Origin: Octopus sinensis
Taxonomy: Eukaryota
Direction of reading: 5' to 3'
NCBI RefSeq assembly: GCF_006345805.1
Contig: NC_043000.1
Span: 107,074,001 to 107,138,000 of the forward strand
DNA length: 64,000 nt
Positions 36,780 to 50,398 of the stretch are shown here, piece after piece. A program made the translations under genes and the position numbers. Under the pieces are notes generated by a model. The model made no database searches and was not told where the DNA came from. It worked only from the letters and a program-made list of their open reading frames with translations. Each line of letters opens with the position of its first letter. Position 1 is the first letter of the stretch.

Positions 36780-39700
36780 CTAAAAAGTCAAAATAACAGA
36801 AAAAAAAAGGAAAAATAAGATTTAGTTATTATTCATTTTCTTTCACTTTGTAAAATGTTGTACAAAATTGTTAAATTTTTATAATTTCATCATTACCATC
36901 ATTGTCATTTTAGATTTCAATTTTCCATGCGTGCATGAGTTGGACAGAATTCATTGAGACAGAGTTTCTACAGTTGGATGCCCTTCCTGTTGCAAACCTT
37001 TATCTGTTTCCAATAAGGTAATATTTTCCAATGTCAAATATATTTTCAAACAACATAGGAAACTGATTGTTTACAACTATGACATGATATCAAGACGAGG
37101 TGACACAAACACACCTGTGCACACATGCACGCACACACACACACACACCACACACACACACACAGATATCATCATTTCACATCTACTTTTCATGCTGGCA
37201 CAGGTAGGACAGTTTGACAAGAACCCAGAAAACAGCAGGGCTATGTCAAGCTCCAAAGTCACCTCTGTATGATTTCTATAGCTGGATGCCCTTCCTAACA
37301 GCAACCACTTTACAGAGTGTACTTGGTGCTTTTTGCATGTCTCTGGCACTAGTGAGGTTGCCATGTAACCCATAAGAAAGAAAAGATAATAGGAAGAAAG
37401 ATAAAGCTCCCATTAATTACTAAGAGAATGTACTTGGGTGGGGATGATGGAGGTGGGTGCAGCATGCCAGGTGTTGAAAGGAAATATATGGCTGAAGGAG
37501 ATAAGAGAAAGGTAGTGATGGGGTGCTAGAACAAACTCTCAGGGATCAAGAAGGTGAACATAAGAGAGGACATGAACAGTGAATCATGAGAAAGGATGAG
37601 TGGGTGTGGAGAAGGTTGTAAACAGGTGGAAGTAGAGATTAGTGTAGCGAGTGATGAACAAGGGAGGGAAATAATGATATGTAGAGGGGTAAGGTGGAAG
37701 GTATAAATAAAGGTAAAGTTTCCTTCTTGAGTTATACTAACTCATAAGGGCCAGTTTCCATGGCATATATTTTCATCACCTGGACAGGATGCCAGTCTAT
37801 TGCAGGATTACTTCTTTCTGCCAGCTGAGTGGACTGGAGTTACATGAAACAAAATGTTTCTGCTCAAGAATGCAACACATCACCCGGTCCAGGAATTGAA
37901 ATACAATCTTATGATTATGAGTCTGACACCCTAACCACTGGGAGATATAGGTGTGGCTCAGGAACATGAATAAAACAGAAAATTATACAATTATGTGCAA
38001 GGTGTAGGAACAGTAGAGAGAAAAGAAGATACAGGGATACATAAGGGGCTACAGGTCGGTCATGACAATAGATATGAGAAGATATTGAGAATGATAGTAG
38101 ATAAGAGAGATGGTTAGAATAGTGAGTAGTAGAGAGGAGAAAGAACAGTGGTTGAAGGCACAGAAAGAAGGTTGAGATGGTGTAGGCAGGGATGATGTGG
38201 AATGGAAGTAGTTCCAGGGTAGAGGACTGTTCAGGAGGTGATGCTCTGAAATGTGTAATACATGACCACAGCAGTAATACAGTATCAGGTGCTGTACTCA
38301 CCTGAAGGCAGTATTACACATACATATGTGTACATACATAAAACTATTGTGTGAATATATACACACACACAATAGTTTTAAGTATACATTTAGATACAGG
38401 ACTGCCACTGGCGAATTTATAGCTCTGTATAATGTTCCCCTGAAGAACTTTTGCGAATCTACCTCCAAATGCATAATGAATAACCACTGCAGAGGATGCA
38501 AATAGTCACAATAGCAAATAAATTGTGAACAGGGAACAAATGGTATAAACTTCATGTTGTATTTATCATACCTTTTTCATAGATGTATGATAGTCCAACA
38601 CTTCAAAGTCACGGTCAACTCTCTTCTTGTAAAAGTATAATAAGCATGTACTCTACAACACACACATTCTTTTATTCATTTCAGCCACTTCACTGTGGCC
38701 ATGCTGGAGCACCACCTTGAACAGTTTTAGTCAAACAAATCGACCCCAGGACTTAGTTCTTGAGCCTAGTACTTATTCTGCCTCCTTACTGAACCACTAA
38801 GTTACAGGGAGGTAAACACACCAACAATGGTTGTCAAGCAGTGGTGAGAGAACAAACACAAACACATACATATATGACGGGCTTCTTTCAGTTTCCATCA
38901 ACCAAATCCACTCACAAGGCTTTGGTCGGTCCGAGGTAATAGTAGAAGACACTAACCCAAGGTGCCATACAGTGAAACTGAAAACTGAACTATGTGGTTG
39001 GGAAGCAAGCTCATATATATATATGATTTTGATTTTTCCAGTTTCAGCTCATGAGCTGTGGCCATGCTGGGGCACCGCCATATAAATATATATATGATGG
39101 GTTTCTTACAGTTTCCGTCTATCAAATCTACTCATAAGGCTATATTATCATATAGTCAGTATGAAATAATCAGTTTAAAAACCTAGCTCTGGTTATTAGA
39201 CAAGGGACATTACTCTGCTTGCTTTGCTCTGGTAACTACAATAAGAAATATTCTAAAGTGACATATAGCTACCTCCCAGATATTACTAGAATGTTTTGTC
39301 TAGTCTCCCTACCACCACCACCCATCTTTATCAATGAGGAGGCAAAACTATAGTTTGCATCAATATCATTCTTTGTTTGTCATGACATTGGATATGTTTA
39401 AATCGTTTAAACTTATCTTAATTTTATTAAACATGGCTGCTTGTCACAACCCCCACCCACCTCTCCCCATGAGGAATACTAATTTGTGTGTACAAGTATC
39501 ACTGAATAGAGCTTATATCTTCATATAATATCTATGATAAGTTAGCATAGTAGAACTGATCTCTCCAAGAGAATGTGAAAAGTTACATTCTACTAGGGAA
39601 AATATACAAACTTCCACCCAGCCAAAACGTTGGGTTAACAACAAACAAGATGAGGACAAATATCCGTCAAATGTAAATAATGTAAATAATGTCCACCCTT

Positions 39701-40139
39701 TCTGTTGTCACTCCATAACCCTATTAACTCATACACTTGTAATTCTTTTGCTTCAACCAGCTTTGGGTCCTGAACATCTTGACTTGGAATTACAGAAGTG
39801 CTGTTATGATATACGACTTGTCCTGGTCGCTTGTTGTTTTATTTTTCCAGACCTTTTAGAAGTGTTAAAACACATCTCACTACAACTCTCACCACAGCCA
39901 ATTTCTTAACCCTTTAACATTCATACTGGAGCCTGGTGCAGCTGCTGGCTCTCCTGACCTCAGTCAAACTGTCCAACCCATGCCAGCATGGAAAATGGAC
40001 ATTCAACGATGATGATGATGATGATAATTATTCTGTCAAATGTAATGCTTATTTATTCACATCGTTTTGAATTTATCATGCATTATTTTGTAGCTTTGAG
40101 ATTTTGATGATATGACTTCAATTTTAGAATGACATAGTG

Positions 40140-40615
40140 AAATCAAAATGAAATTCGATGACTGGCATCCGAGCTAGTGGAACGCTAAGAGCACCATCCG
40201 AGTGTGATCATTGCCAGAGCAGCTAACTGGCTTCTGTGCCAGTGGCACGTAAAAAGCACCATTCAAGCATGATCGTTACCAGCACCGCCTTACTGGCACT
40301 TGTGCCAGTAGCTCATGAAAAAACATTCAAGCGAGGTCATTGCCAGTGCCACTGAACTGGCTCCTTTGCAGATGGCACGTAAAAAATACCATTTGAGTGT
40401 GGCCACTGCCAGCACCACCTGACTGGCCCTCGTGCCAGTGGCATGTAAAAACACCCACTACACTACGGAGTGGTTGGCATTAGGAAGGGCATCCAGCTGT
40501 AGAAACTCTGCCAGATCAAGATTGGAGCCTGGTGCAGCCATCTGGTTCACCAGTCCTCAGTCAAATCGTCCAACCCATGCTAGCATGGAAAGCGGACGTT
40601 AAACGATGATGATAG
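40140..40615 (+). mobile_element. Repeat family C (probable RTE-type 3' UTR or RTE-dependent SINE) with ~60-bp internal subrepeats and (GAT)n tail
   Basis: GGCACGTAAAAAGCACC subrepeats, GGAAGGGCATCCAGC, tail GGACGTTAAACGATGATGAT. Copies at 54185-54475 and 56972-57400 (+), and 47870-48050 and 48360-48860 (-). The RTE link is inferred from the tandem-repeat tail. Confidence 0.65.
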
Positions 40616-41384
40616 TAGGATAGGTGTGAGAGATCAGATCTCTCCTATTTGAACATAAAACAGAATATTTTGGCCAGATATGGCCAGTTTAAATGCTAAA
40701 GGGTTAAAGAAAGAGAAAGAGAGAATATATGATAGCCTTCTTTAAGTTTCCATGTACTACATCCACTTTGGTTTGCCTGTGGCTATAGCAGAAGGTACTT
40801 ATTCAAGGTACCACACAGTGGGACTGAACCAGAAGCCACATGACTGGAAAGTAAAGTGCTTAACTGCATATCTGTAACTATACACACACAGATAGATAGA
40901 ATCTGTGTCTTCTGCACAGATTCTATCTATCAAATTTCACTTACATAATTTCGCTTGACAATCCATGCTGGTGTGTTTACGTCCCCATAAGTTAGCGGTT
41001 CAGTAAAAAAGACCAATAGAATAAGTACTAGGCTTACAAAGAATAAGTCCTGGGGTCAATTTGCTCAACTAAAAGGCAGTGCTCCAGCATGGCCACAGTC
41101 ACATGACTGAAACAAGTAAAAGAGTAAGGAGTCATAGCCATAGAACCTTGCCTACATAGTCTCACAAATTCTCTTTTTTTTTTCAGTTAACATATTGCTA
41201 CAAGAGGCCTCTAGAGTCAAGAATGATGCCATCAAAACATTCTTCTAACCAAGAGAAAAAACTATGAGGAGGAGTAAAGGCAGATGTATGTTAATATCCA
41301 CAGATATTTTGGAATACAAATGTGGGGGAAAAAACCCACTAAAATGTAATTTTAATGCAAAAGAACTAATAACAAACTAATTAA

Positions 41385-41605
41385 CCTTTTAGCATTCAGA
41401 TAACTCAGTCAAGCATAATGCTTATTTATTTAAATTGGTTTGAATTTATTATGCATTATCAAGTAGCTTCGAGATTTCAAAGATACTGATTGTATATTTT
41501 TAAAATGACATTGTATGGTAGGTGTGAGAGGCTCAATCTGGCTGGTTTGAACATAAAACAGGTAAAATATATGGGCTTGATATGGCTGGTTTAAATGCTA
41601 AAGGA
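41385..41605. mobile_element. piggyBac-type MITE family 2 (TTAA-flanked)
   Basis: TTAA|CCTTTTAGCATT ... AATGCTAAAGGA|TTAA; related copies near 23240-23468, 27330-27482, 39910-40703 (interrupted), 49717-50146 (interrupted) and 55730-55955. Confidence 0.72.
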
Positions 41606-41885
41606 TTAAAACGTTTTCTCCTATTATTCATAGTCACCAAATACAATAATGTGTGTGTATGCATGCATGTAAATTCAAACATTCTGTGTCACCCACAAAT
41701 AGTATGAGCTGCAAGTTTCAAAATTTATAAAGATGTAGTGACTTGATATGGAAATGATAAAAAATCTTCTCTCTCCTCCTCCACCATCTCCTCTCAAACA
41801 CAGACATTAACCCTCCTGAGGCCTGTTAACTAAGTAATGAAATGCAGTATCGGAGGGGTGTTGAAAACTTATTTTGAATACTTAC

Positions 41886-41942
41886 GTTTGATTGATTAGC
41901 AGAAAATTTCAAAGCAAATTCCTTGATCCTCTTCACAAATAC
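41886..41942 (-). CDS. RBL1: RB-like micro-exon, end of pocket B
   Basis: tgtag|VFVKRIKEFALKFSANQSN|gtaagt; 57 nt, phase 0-0. Matches p107 IYVGRVKSFALKY; too short for the ORF track. Confidence 0.92.
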
Positions 41943-43603
41943 CTACAATTATCAAGAGAAAAACAATATTTTATGCAATAAAACAATAACAAAAAATCTT
42001 TAACTAGATCAGATAAAGTCTAACATAGGCACAAGGTCAATGATTTAGGAGGGGAAAATAATTAGATGATTCCCCAGTACTTGATTGGCACTTTACTTAT
42101 TTATATCTGTCCCAGAAGGATGTAATGTGGAGTTGTCCTTAATGAGATTAGAACTCAGAACCTAGAACCAGAACAGTTACCACAAGGCTGATGTTCTAAT
42201 GATTCTGCCACTCTGGCAATCTACTGCCTTTAACGAATCAAATAATAGAAAAGAATTATTGCTTCTTTCATGGGTAGGTAGGTAGGTAGATAGACAGACG
42301 GACAGATAGAGACAGACAAAGTCAACTGAAACTGATCCTCAGGATGTGACTGGTACTTCTTTCAATGGTACAAGAATGAATGACAACAAGATTCCTTCCA
42401 GGAGGGAGGGAGAGAGAGAGAGAGAAACATTAAGTCAATTTAGTCTTATGTTCTCTTTCTTTTAACATAACATTAGTAATAATATCTCTCTCTACCAACA
42501 AACTACATTATACATAACATTATTATTATCATCATCATTTAATGTCCATGTTCGCTGCTGATATGAGTGGGACAGTTTGACAGGATCCTACAGTTCCAAA
42601 GATGACATCATGCTCCAATGTCTGCTATGGTAAGGTTTCTATGGCTGGATGCTCTTCCTAATGCCAACGACATTACAGTGCATACAGGATGCTTTTTTTC
42701 TTTTGTGGCACCAGCACTAAAGAGGTTGCCAAGAAGCCTGCAAGACTAAGATCTTCTTCCACTGTGTTGGGCTAGAGTAGAGAGCGAAGTGGCTTTATGC
42801 TATGGAATGAAGGGTTAAAGTATGAGAGAAGGGACCAGAACAACAGCTTTCTGTTTGTAAAGGGGCTGCATGGCTACTGACATTATATAAAAGAGGGTAG
42901 GAATGACTGGGGATGGAGTTAGAGAAACATAAATATAGCAAAGAAGTGTCAGGGTGGACCCTCAAGATATGAGATTGGAAGTGAGTGAGGATAGGGTGAG
43001 AGGAAGTGTAGGTAGATAGAGGTTGCAAGAATGCATAGGAGAGTGAGAAATGTTTAGAGTTAGGGAATGGGTGAGAAAATGAATAGAATTAAGAACAAAT
43101 GTTGAGGAATGATATTGCAAACACACAGATACAGTACAAACCAAAGGAATGCTTGCTCGCTTGCAGAATACCTACACCAAAAGGTCCATGTTACATCATG
43201 AAGACAGCTAGACAGGTATGATACAAATAACTGAAAAGTGCCAGCAAAATAATTATGGACAGGTATACGTGTACAGCAGAAACTGCTAATATTGGTTTCA
43301 AATTTTGGCACAAGGCCAGCAATTTCGACCCCAGTGTTCAACTGGTACATATTTTATCAACCCTAAAAGGATGAAAAACAAAGTTGACACCAGTGGAATT
43401 TGAACTCAGAATCTACAGACAGATGAAGGATGAAATGCTGCTAAGCATTTTGCCCAGTGTGCCAATGATTCTGCTAGCTTACCACCTTAGAAAGAGCCAA
43501 TATTAGAAAGCAAACTAAGAGGAATGGTAGCATATAAGCAGTATTGCAACCATCCAACAACCTATCTTTGCTGACATGGAACAAGAAAGAATTTTTTTTT
43601 TAA

Positions 43604-44058
43604 ATAGGCACAGGAGTGGTTGTGTGGCATAAGCGCAGGAGAGGCTGTGTGGAATAAGCACAGGAGTAGCTGTGTGGTAAGTAGCTTGCTTACCAACCTC
43701 ATGGTTCCAGGTTCAGTACCACTGTGTGGCACCTTGGGCAAGTGTCTTCTGCTATAGCCTCGGGCCGACCAAAGCCTTGTGAGTTGGTTTGGTAAACGGA
43801 AACTGAAAGAAGCCCGTCATATATATGTATATGTGTGTGTGTGTGTGTTTGTGTGTCTGTGTTTGTCCCTCCAACATCGCTTGACAACCGATGCTGGTGT
43901 GTTTACATACCCGTAACTTAGCGGTTTGACAAAAGAGACCGATAGAATAAGTACTAGGCTTACAAAGAATAAGTCCTGGGGTCGATTTGCTTGACTAAAG
44001 GCGGTGCTCCAGCATGGCCACAGTCAAATGACTAAAACAAGTAAAAGAGTAAAAGAGT
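43604..44058 (+). mobile_element. SINE family A copy with triplicated 25-bp head, abutting an RBL splice donor
   Basis: Three tandem ATA(G/A)GC.CAGGAG.GG.TGTGTGG units, then a full body; the tail ends 6 nt from exon 44065-44216. Confidence 0.88.
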
Positions 44059-44064
44059 AGTAAC

Positions 44065-44216
44065 CTGGTTATAGAACTGGATGAGATCACCTCTTTCTTC
44101 CCCCATTTCTAACGTAGAACCCATTCCAATAAGTTTGGTTGGAGTAGGAGGCTGACTGTTGGGATGTGGAACCGGTAATGTGCTGGATGACCGGATACTC
44201 AAGGCTTCAGTCCTTC
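44065..44216 (-). CDS. RBL1: RB-like exon, pocket B insert end
   Basis: ttcag|(R)RTEALSIRSSSTLPVPHPNSQPPTPTKLIGMGSTLEMGEERGDLIQFYNQ|gttact; 152 nt. Matches p130 RSSSTLPVP.P.S.PPTPT.L......EERGDLIQFYN. Confidence 0.95.
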
Positions 44217-44438
44217 CTGAAACAAACATCAAAATAGAAAAATAAAGTGAAACAGTAGAAACCAAGAACATTAGCGATGGTCTGTGTAGGCAATTATATA
44301 CTTAGAACATGTTTGCAAGATGGAAAAAAAAACCTTATGTCAGTCCAATGATTGAAACAAGTAAAAAGATAAAAGATGTTGGTAACATGTGGAAGTCAAA
44401 TCTATGTAACAACAGAGAAAATGGCTGGAACCACTTAC

Positions 44439-44571
44439 GTTTGTCCTTCTCCTTAGAATCTTCCCTTTCGATGGTAACAGGTGAAGAAGAACCACTTGTT
44501 CCATTCCTGCTGCTGTCACTACTCCCTGATGTTCGTCGTCTTCTAGAGGAAAGCAGTACATTTCTATAAAC
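44439..44571 (-). CDS. RBL1: RB-like exon, pocket B insert (Ser-rich loop)
   Basis: ttcag|VYRNVLLSSRRRRTSGSSDSSRNGTSGSSSPVTIEREDSKEKDK+1 nt|gtaagt; 133 nt. A B-box insert after VYRSVL is a p107/p130 feature absent from RB1. Confidence 0.93.
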
Positions 44572-45033
44572 CTGAAAATGAAGGGGAAAATTGAAACTTC
44601 TTTAAAATTTATGGAAGAAAACAAAAAAAAAAACCATTGGAGAGAAATAAATAAAAATCAAATTGAATATCCCCCCACCACCACAAATTAAATCTGCCAT
44701 ATTTTCCAGCCTAGATGTCAAAGTAGTATGCTGTATAAACATTCAAACACCGTCTCTATTTCCCCAAATCTTGCTGCATATTACATGGAGAAAGTCATAT
44801 TGGTGTATTGGTCAACGTACCTTTTTTTTGGCTGTAAATTTTGATCTGCAAAATTTGACTTGTATGTCACAAAGTATGGCATAATAGATTGTGAAATAAG
44901 CTATATGGATCCAATACTTTTTACAACAAGAAATTACTCACTGATTGTATCATAAGGTAAACCATAGCCTTTATTTGCAAGACATGCAAATATGACTAAA
45001 TAACGCATACCATGTTTTTAGCAATTGCTTTAA

Positions 45034-45254
45034 CCCTTTTGTTACCAACCCAGCTGAAACCGGCTCTGGCCCTGTAGTACAAATGTCTTGTTTTCAAAAG
45101 TTCTGAATTAAAATCTTCCACCAAACCTTTGTCACAATTTATGTTCCTAACACTAACTTCATGATAACTAAGTTATTTTACTAAATTCTTTGTTATATTT
45201 AAAATAATTGAAAGAAATACAAAGCATCTGAAAATAAGTACAGTAACGAAAGGG
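45034..45254. mobile_element. piggyBac-type MITE family 1 (TTAA-flanked)
   Basis: TTAA|CCCTTTTGTTAC ... GTAACGAAAGGG|TTAA; related copies near 21969-22168, 23820, 52195 and 61570. Confidence 0.75.
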
Positions 45255-46522
45255 TTAAGAGCCCATTTAGTCATGAACAATCACAGACAATCTCAGCCTT
45301 ATCATCTTTGACCCAGTAAGACATCCAGGATGTCACAACTGGAAAGAGAGAGGACTGCACCAGCACTTGGTTGGTACTCATTTCAGTTGAGGAGAGTGAA
45401 GCAACAAAATACACAATACACTGCTTTGTCCAGGAACTGAACCTACAACTTATGAACTTATGATCACAAGCCCCATACATTAACCACTAAGCCATGTACT
45501 TTCACATATTAGCGTAACTTACTGAATATTACCTAGACACTCGTAACTGTCAGGTAAACTCAGTGCAATACAACATTATGTGACCAGACAGACAATTTGG
45601 ATTACAAATAAGATCCATCTGACAGGCTTTCACAGTTTATTCAGTTACATTCACAAGATTTTAATCTACTCATTGCTATACTAGAAAACCCTTTCCCACA
45701 CTGTCAAACACTGGCATCAACCATGAAAACTAATTAAATCATTCAGCCATGTCTGCATTCATTAAATTGGGTAACAAATTAGTAAATGTGCAATATAATA
45801 ATATATCTTCTTTATGCACAACAAGGTAGAGATATTTATGCAATTATGGGAATTCATTTGACAGCCTCAACGAACTGCTATACGTGTCTAGTTTGATGGT
45901 AAAGACAATATTTTAGGTAAAGACAATATTAAACACTTCTGAATAGGCTGCCAGTCCATCACAAGTCATTTCCAAACAATCTGGTATAGATATGCAACAC
46001 TTACTGTTGCTGTTGTTTAAACCCAGGTCAGCCCTGATTGAGTAGACATGTGATCAAAGGCATTCCAATTAGGACTACCTTGTTTTTTTTTTCTCCTCAA
46101 GAACAGTGTATCTAAGATTAAACTCTCTAATGCATACTTCCCTTTTCTTTAAGCATGTAGGATGTAAAAAAAAAAAAAAAGAGATTTTGGTTACAGTTTC
46201 TTGTCAGCTGTTCACCACATAGTGATTCATATCTCCCAAAATAAAAGAAGGGGATGAAGAATTATTGTTCCACTGAAATAAGAACTATGTGTACCCCATT
46301 TAAAACACTTGTATACACACAAACGTGGAAAGACCTTTGCTGCTGAGACTTTTGGGAGACAAATTCTCCTTATAGACAATACATGTGTAAAACACATTAC
46401 TGGGCCATGAATAGCATCATTGGACATTTTTAACTAATATCTTTCTGATACTTATTTCTGCACCCCCTGCACCACCTCTATGAATTTTATAGTAAATCAA
46501 GAAAAACTAAGATTTCACATAC

Positions 46523-46597
46523 ATGAGATTGAGCTTGAGGTTGGAGGCGATAACATCTCATGATATTCTGGAATGTTTGTGGTGGATCTGTCGCTAC
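46523..46597 (-). CDS. RBL1: RB-like exon, pocket B
   Basis: tctag|VATDPPQTFQNIMRCYRLQPQAQSH|gtatgt; 75 nt, with the TFQ.IM..YR.QPQA.S motif. Confidence 0.96.
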
Positions 46598-46904
46598 CTA
46601 GAACAGAAAAACAAAGCCAAATTAAAATGGTGTGTGAAAAGTAAATAAAAGAAACATTGTGCATTTCAACAGAAATATCATTAACAAAAGTGTTAAAGAG
46701 TCAAGCAACTAAATATAGGACCTATCACTAACTCACAAGATAACAGTACAAGCTTCTAATCAGTATGCCTTAACAGTAAGTTTTTTCTTAATTATAACCT
46801 TCATTGCTGCTTAACAAGTTGAAAACCAACACAAGAAAATAGGTCCAATGTTTGCAAACAGCTGACATATTAGCCACCACTCATCAAAGTGTAACTAGCA
46901 GCAA

Positions 46905-47300
46905 TCTATATATATAAAGCTGAAGTTGTCTGTGTATGGCAGGTTTGGTAGCCTTCAACTAAAACTATCTCCTCCGAGACTCTGCGGCAGAAGTTGACCA
47001 AAATTGAGAGTATGATAGAAGAAGGCTTGCTCTTCCTTCCGTAGAAGAAAAAATTCAAATCGGACCATGTTAACACCAAAAATTATTTACATCAAAAAGG
47101 TGCTTTTTTCCTATGAAAATCCCTATTTTTTACGATTTTTTTACTGCTGTGTCGCCATTTTTCGATGTATTTCAACCAGAAAAATGTTCACTTAAAGAGA
47201 ATAACAAGCTACATGATGCAAAATCTTTACTTTTCAAAAATTCCGATTCTAAAGGGTTGAAAAGAAAACAAGCCTGAGCAACGCTGGGCTATACTGCTAG
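46905..47300 (+). mobile_element. Non-autonomous Helitron in RBL intron
   Basis: A|TCTATATATATAAAG... 5' end; subterminal hairpin GCCTGAGCAACGCTGGGC; CTAG|T 3' end. Confidence 0.85.
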
Positions 47301-47336
47301 TAATATTAATTATTCAGATTGTAAAGGAATCCTTAC

Positions 47337-47516
47337 CTTAGCAATGACATACATTGAACACATAATGATTTGATCCAAATGCCTATCCTTCATTAAACTG
47401 ATCTCATTTACAAGACAATGCTCAAGGCATGTCCACATTTTTCTTTGTAGCTCTTCTTCATTCACTTTTAACTTTTCACAAAGGTCCCTTAGACGTACAC
47501 CAGCAAGATGATATAC
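47337..47516 (-). CDS. RBL1: RB-like exon, pocket B core
   Basis: cttag|VYHLAGVRLRDLCEKLKVNEEELQRKMWTCLEHCLVNEISLMKDRHLDQIIMCSMYVIAK|gtaagg; 180 nt, with hallmark VYHLA.VRLRDLC and LM.DRHLDQ..MC motifs. Confidence 0.97.
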
Positions 47517-50203
47517 CTAAGAATAAACAAGAAGATATGTGTTGAAACACAATAAAGTGCTTATACAAGCTTAAAACAGAATAAGCAAGCTGTATGATAA
47601 TGAACAATAAGTTACATGACAGAAAACATATCAAGAAATTACATGGCATAAAGCACAATGAGACACTGTATAAATATAATGGGGAGCTTTTGAAATGGGA
47701 AAATTATATTAAATAATGGAAGATGTGTGACAAAATACAATGGGAAGCTATATAGCTCATGGTAAAGCAGAATGGGGAGTTACATGACAAAGTAGAATGA
47801 GAGTCTATGTGACATACAGCACAATGGAAAGCAATATGACAAAACACAGTGAGAATCAATAGGGTTATCATCATCATCATCCTTTAATGTCCTTTTTCCA
47901 TGCTGGTATGGGTTGGACAGTCTGACAGGAGCTGGCAAGCTGAAGAGCTGCACCAGGATCCAGTCTGATTTGGCTTAGTTTCTACAGCTGGATGCCCTTC
48001 CTAATGCCAACCACTTTATAGTGTGTGTGCTGAGTGCTTTTAACAGGACGCCGGTACAATATGTGATAAAATATAATGAAACATTATATGATACAATTAC
48101 AGGGTGCAGCTGAAAACCCACCTATTCTTGTTTCATTGTATACTAGCTAATGAAGTTAGGCAGATCGTGATAGTATCTTCATATAGTTAATGTTTTACCA
48201 TTTTTCTTCCCACCACCCCCAGGTATCATAGTGCATTTGCTGTTGAAACGATTAGTCAACCTGTAAAATGTGGAAGTTTTTTTTTGTTTTTTGTTTTTTG
48301 TTACACCCTGTATTTTCCTCACTATATCCTTTATCTCCATTAAAAAGTCTTTGAAGAAAACATCATCACCATCATCATCATTTAACATCCGTTTTCCATG
48401 CTAGCACGGGTTGGATGGTTCAACCGGGGTCTGGAAAACCAGAAGGCTGCACCAGGCTCCAGTCTGATCTGACAGTGCTTCTACAGCTTGATGCCCTTCC
48501 TAACGCCAACCACTTTGTGAGAGTAGTTGGTGCTTTTTACCTGCCACCGGCACAAGTGCCAGGGAAGGCTGGCAGCGGCTATGATCGGTTGGTGCTTTTT
48601 ACATGCCACTGGCACAGAAGTCAGTCAAGGCGGTGCTGGCATTGGTCATGTTCGGATGGTGCTTTTTACGTGCCACTGGCACAGGTATCATGACTACAAT
48701 TTCCATTTGATATTTATTTTGATGTTGATGTACTTAACTCAATAGGTCTCCTCAAACACAGCAGGTCACGCGCCAACTGGCACAGAAACCAGTCAAGGTG
48801 GCGCTGGCATTGGCCACGTTCGGATGGTACTTTTTACATGCCACCAGCACAGGTATCACAAATGAACAAATGCAGCTAATCTGCCAAATATCTCAGAGAA
48901 GTTTGGCAAAAAAAAGTGATGGTAATTTCTGTATTGTACCTAAAAAAGACAGAGCTGTAAACTTTAGCTCTGTAAGACAATTTCAAATTATAGAAACTTG
49001 CATCATAATCTAAGCAACCAACCTGAGTTTGCTTCAACTACACAAATCTTTTTTTGTAGTTTTTACTTACAAATCTACTTTATTGAATATTTTTACCACT
49101 AAGTAAAGGCGCATGGCTCAGTGGCTGGAGTGGCAGGCTCACAATCATGAGGTAGTGAGTTCAATTCCCGGACCAGACTGTATGTTGTGTTCTTGAGCAA
49201 GACATTTTATTTCACAATATGTCCAGTTCACTCAACTGTAGAAATGAGTTCATCACAAGTACCAATCTGTATCAGCCTTTGTATTTCCCTTGGATAACAT
49301 CAGTGGCATGGAGAGAAGAAGCTCTTATGCTGATCTTCCATAAACGACCTTGTGCCTTGGAGCGGAATTTTCTAAGTGCAATCCCATGGTCATTCATGAC
49401 TGAAGAGGGGTTTCTTTCTCTCTCTATAGGTAAATAGTCCAAACTGCATCAATGGTGCTTTACCAAACAATGATTTTCATCCCTGAATATAGTTGATAAA
49501 GCTAGAATCCATGCAATGTAAACAGATTCTTAACAGAAATAAACTAGGTGCCTATAAAACACTGGGGTAAATGGAAAGATTCATAAAATAGGAAAAGAGG
49601 GGATTCATGGAAAGTAGATTTAATCCATTGCCAAATTTACAGAGAGAACTGGGTGCTTTTTCCCATGGGACTGGCACTATCATATAAGATTAAACTATAA
49701 TCTGCTTCAGGTGTAATTTAACCCTTTAGTATTCAGATTATTCTGTCAAATGTTATCCTTATTTATTCCCATTGTTTTGAATTAATCAGGTATTATCTCA
49801 TAGATTTGAGATTTCAATGATGAGATTGTTTATTTTTAGAATGGCAGTGTAGAGTAGGCATGAGACCAAATATGGCCAGTTTGATCATAATCAGGGGAGA
49901 GTTTACGAAAAAAAACAAAAGACGAAGGCAGGTGGTGTACAAACAAACAGATGTATTAGTATAACACTCAGGAATAGAAAAAGTATTTTACATTTCGAGC
50001 CTACGCTCTTCTACAGAAAGGGACACAGAAAAAACAAGGAGAGAAAAAAATGTGTAGTGGCTAACGATCTATCATGGTGTCTGAACATAATAACATGGGT
50101 AGAATATTTGGACCAGATATGGCTGGATTAAATGCTAAAGGATTAAAGAAGAAAGACACACAAAGCAAACAGATGTACAAATGAAGACAAGGTAAAAACT
50201 GAC

Positions 50204-50398
50204 CTTCCTAAAGAAAAGGGCAAGAGATCCTGTACGTTTGGGTTTTGCAGTGGGCTTCTGTTTCTGTGGTTGCTGTAATTGCTGTTGTTGTTGCAGTGTT
50301 TGTTGTGGCTGTTGTGGTTGTTGTGAGGTTGTCACAACTGTATTGGAAGGCACACTGACAGAGGTAGTATTAGAAACAATTGGCTGTACTATCACCAC
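50204..50398 (-). CDS. RBL1: RB-like exon, Q-rich spacer end and start of pocket B
   Basis: acag|VVIVQPIVSN...QQQQQLQQPQKQKPTAKPKRTGSLALFFRK|gtcagt; 195 nt. PKRTGSLALFFRK is the conserved p107/p130 pocket B entry. Confidence 0.93.

Noticed and set aside
37915-38555. ORFs 37915-38301 and 38298-38555 with a CAG/GTGAGT motif as candidate RBL exons
   Set aside because: No RB-family similarity; the phase-correct 57-nt exon at 41886-41942 already bridges the gap.
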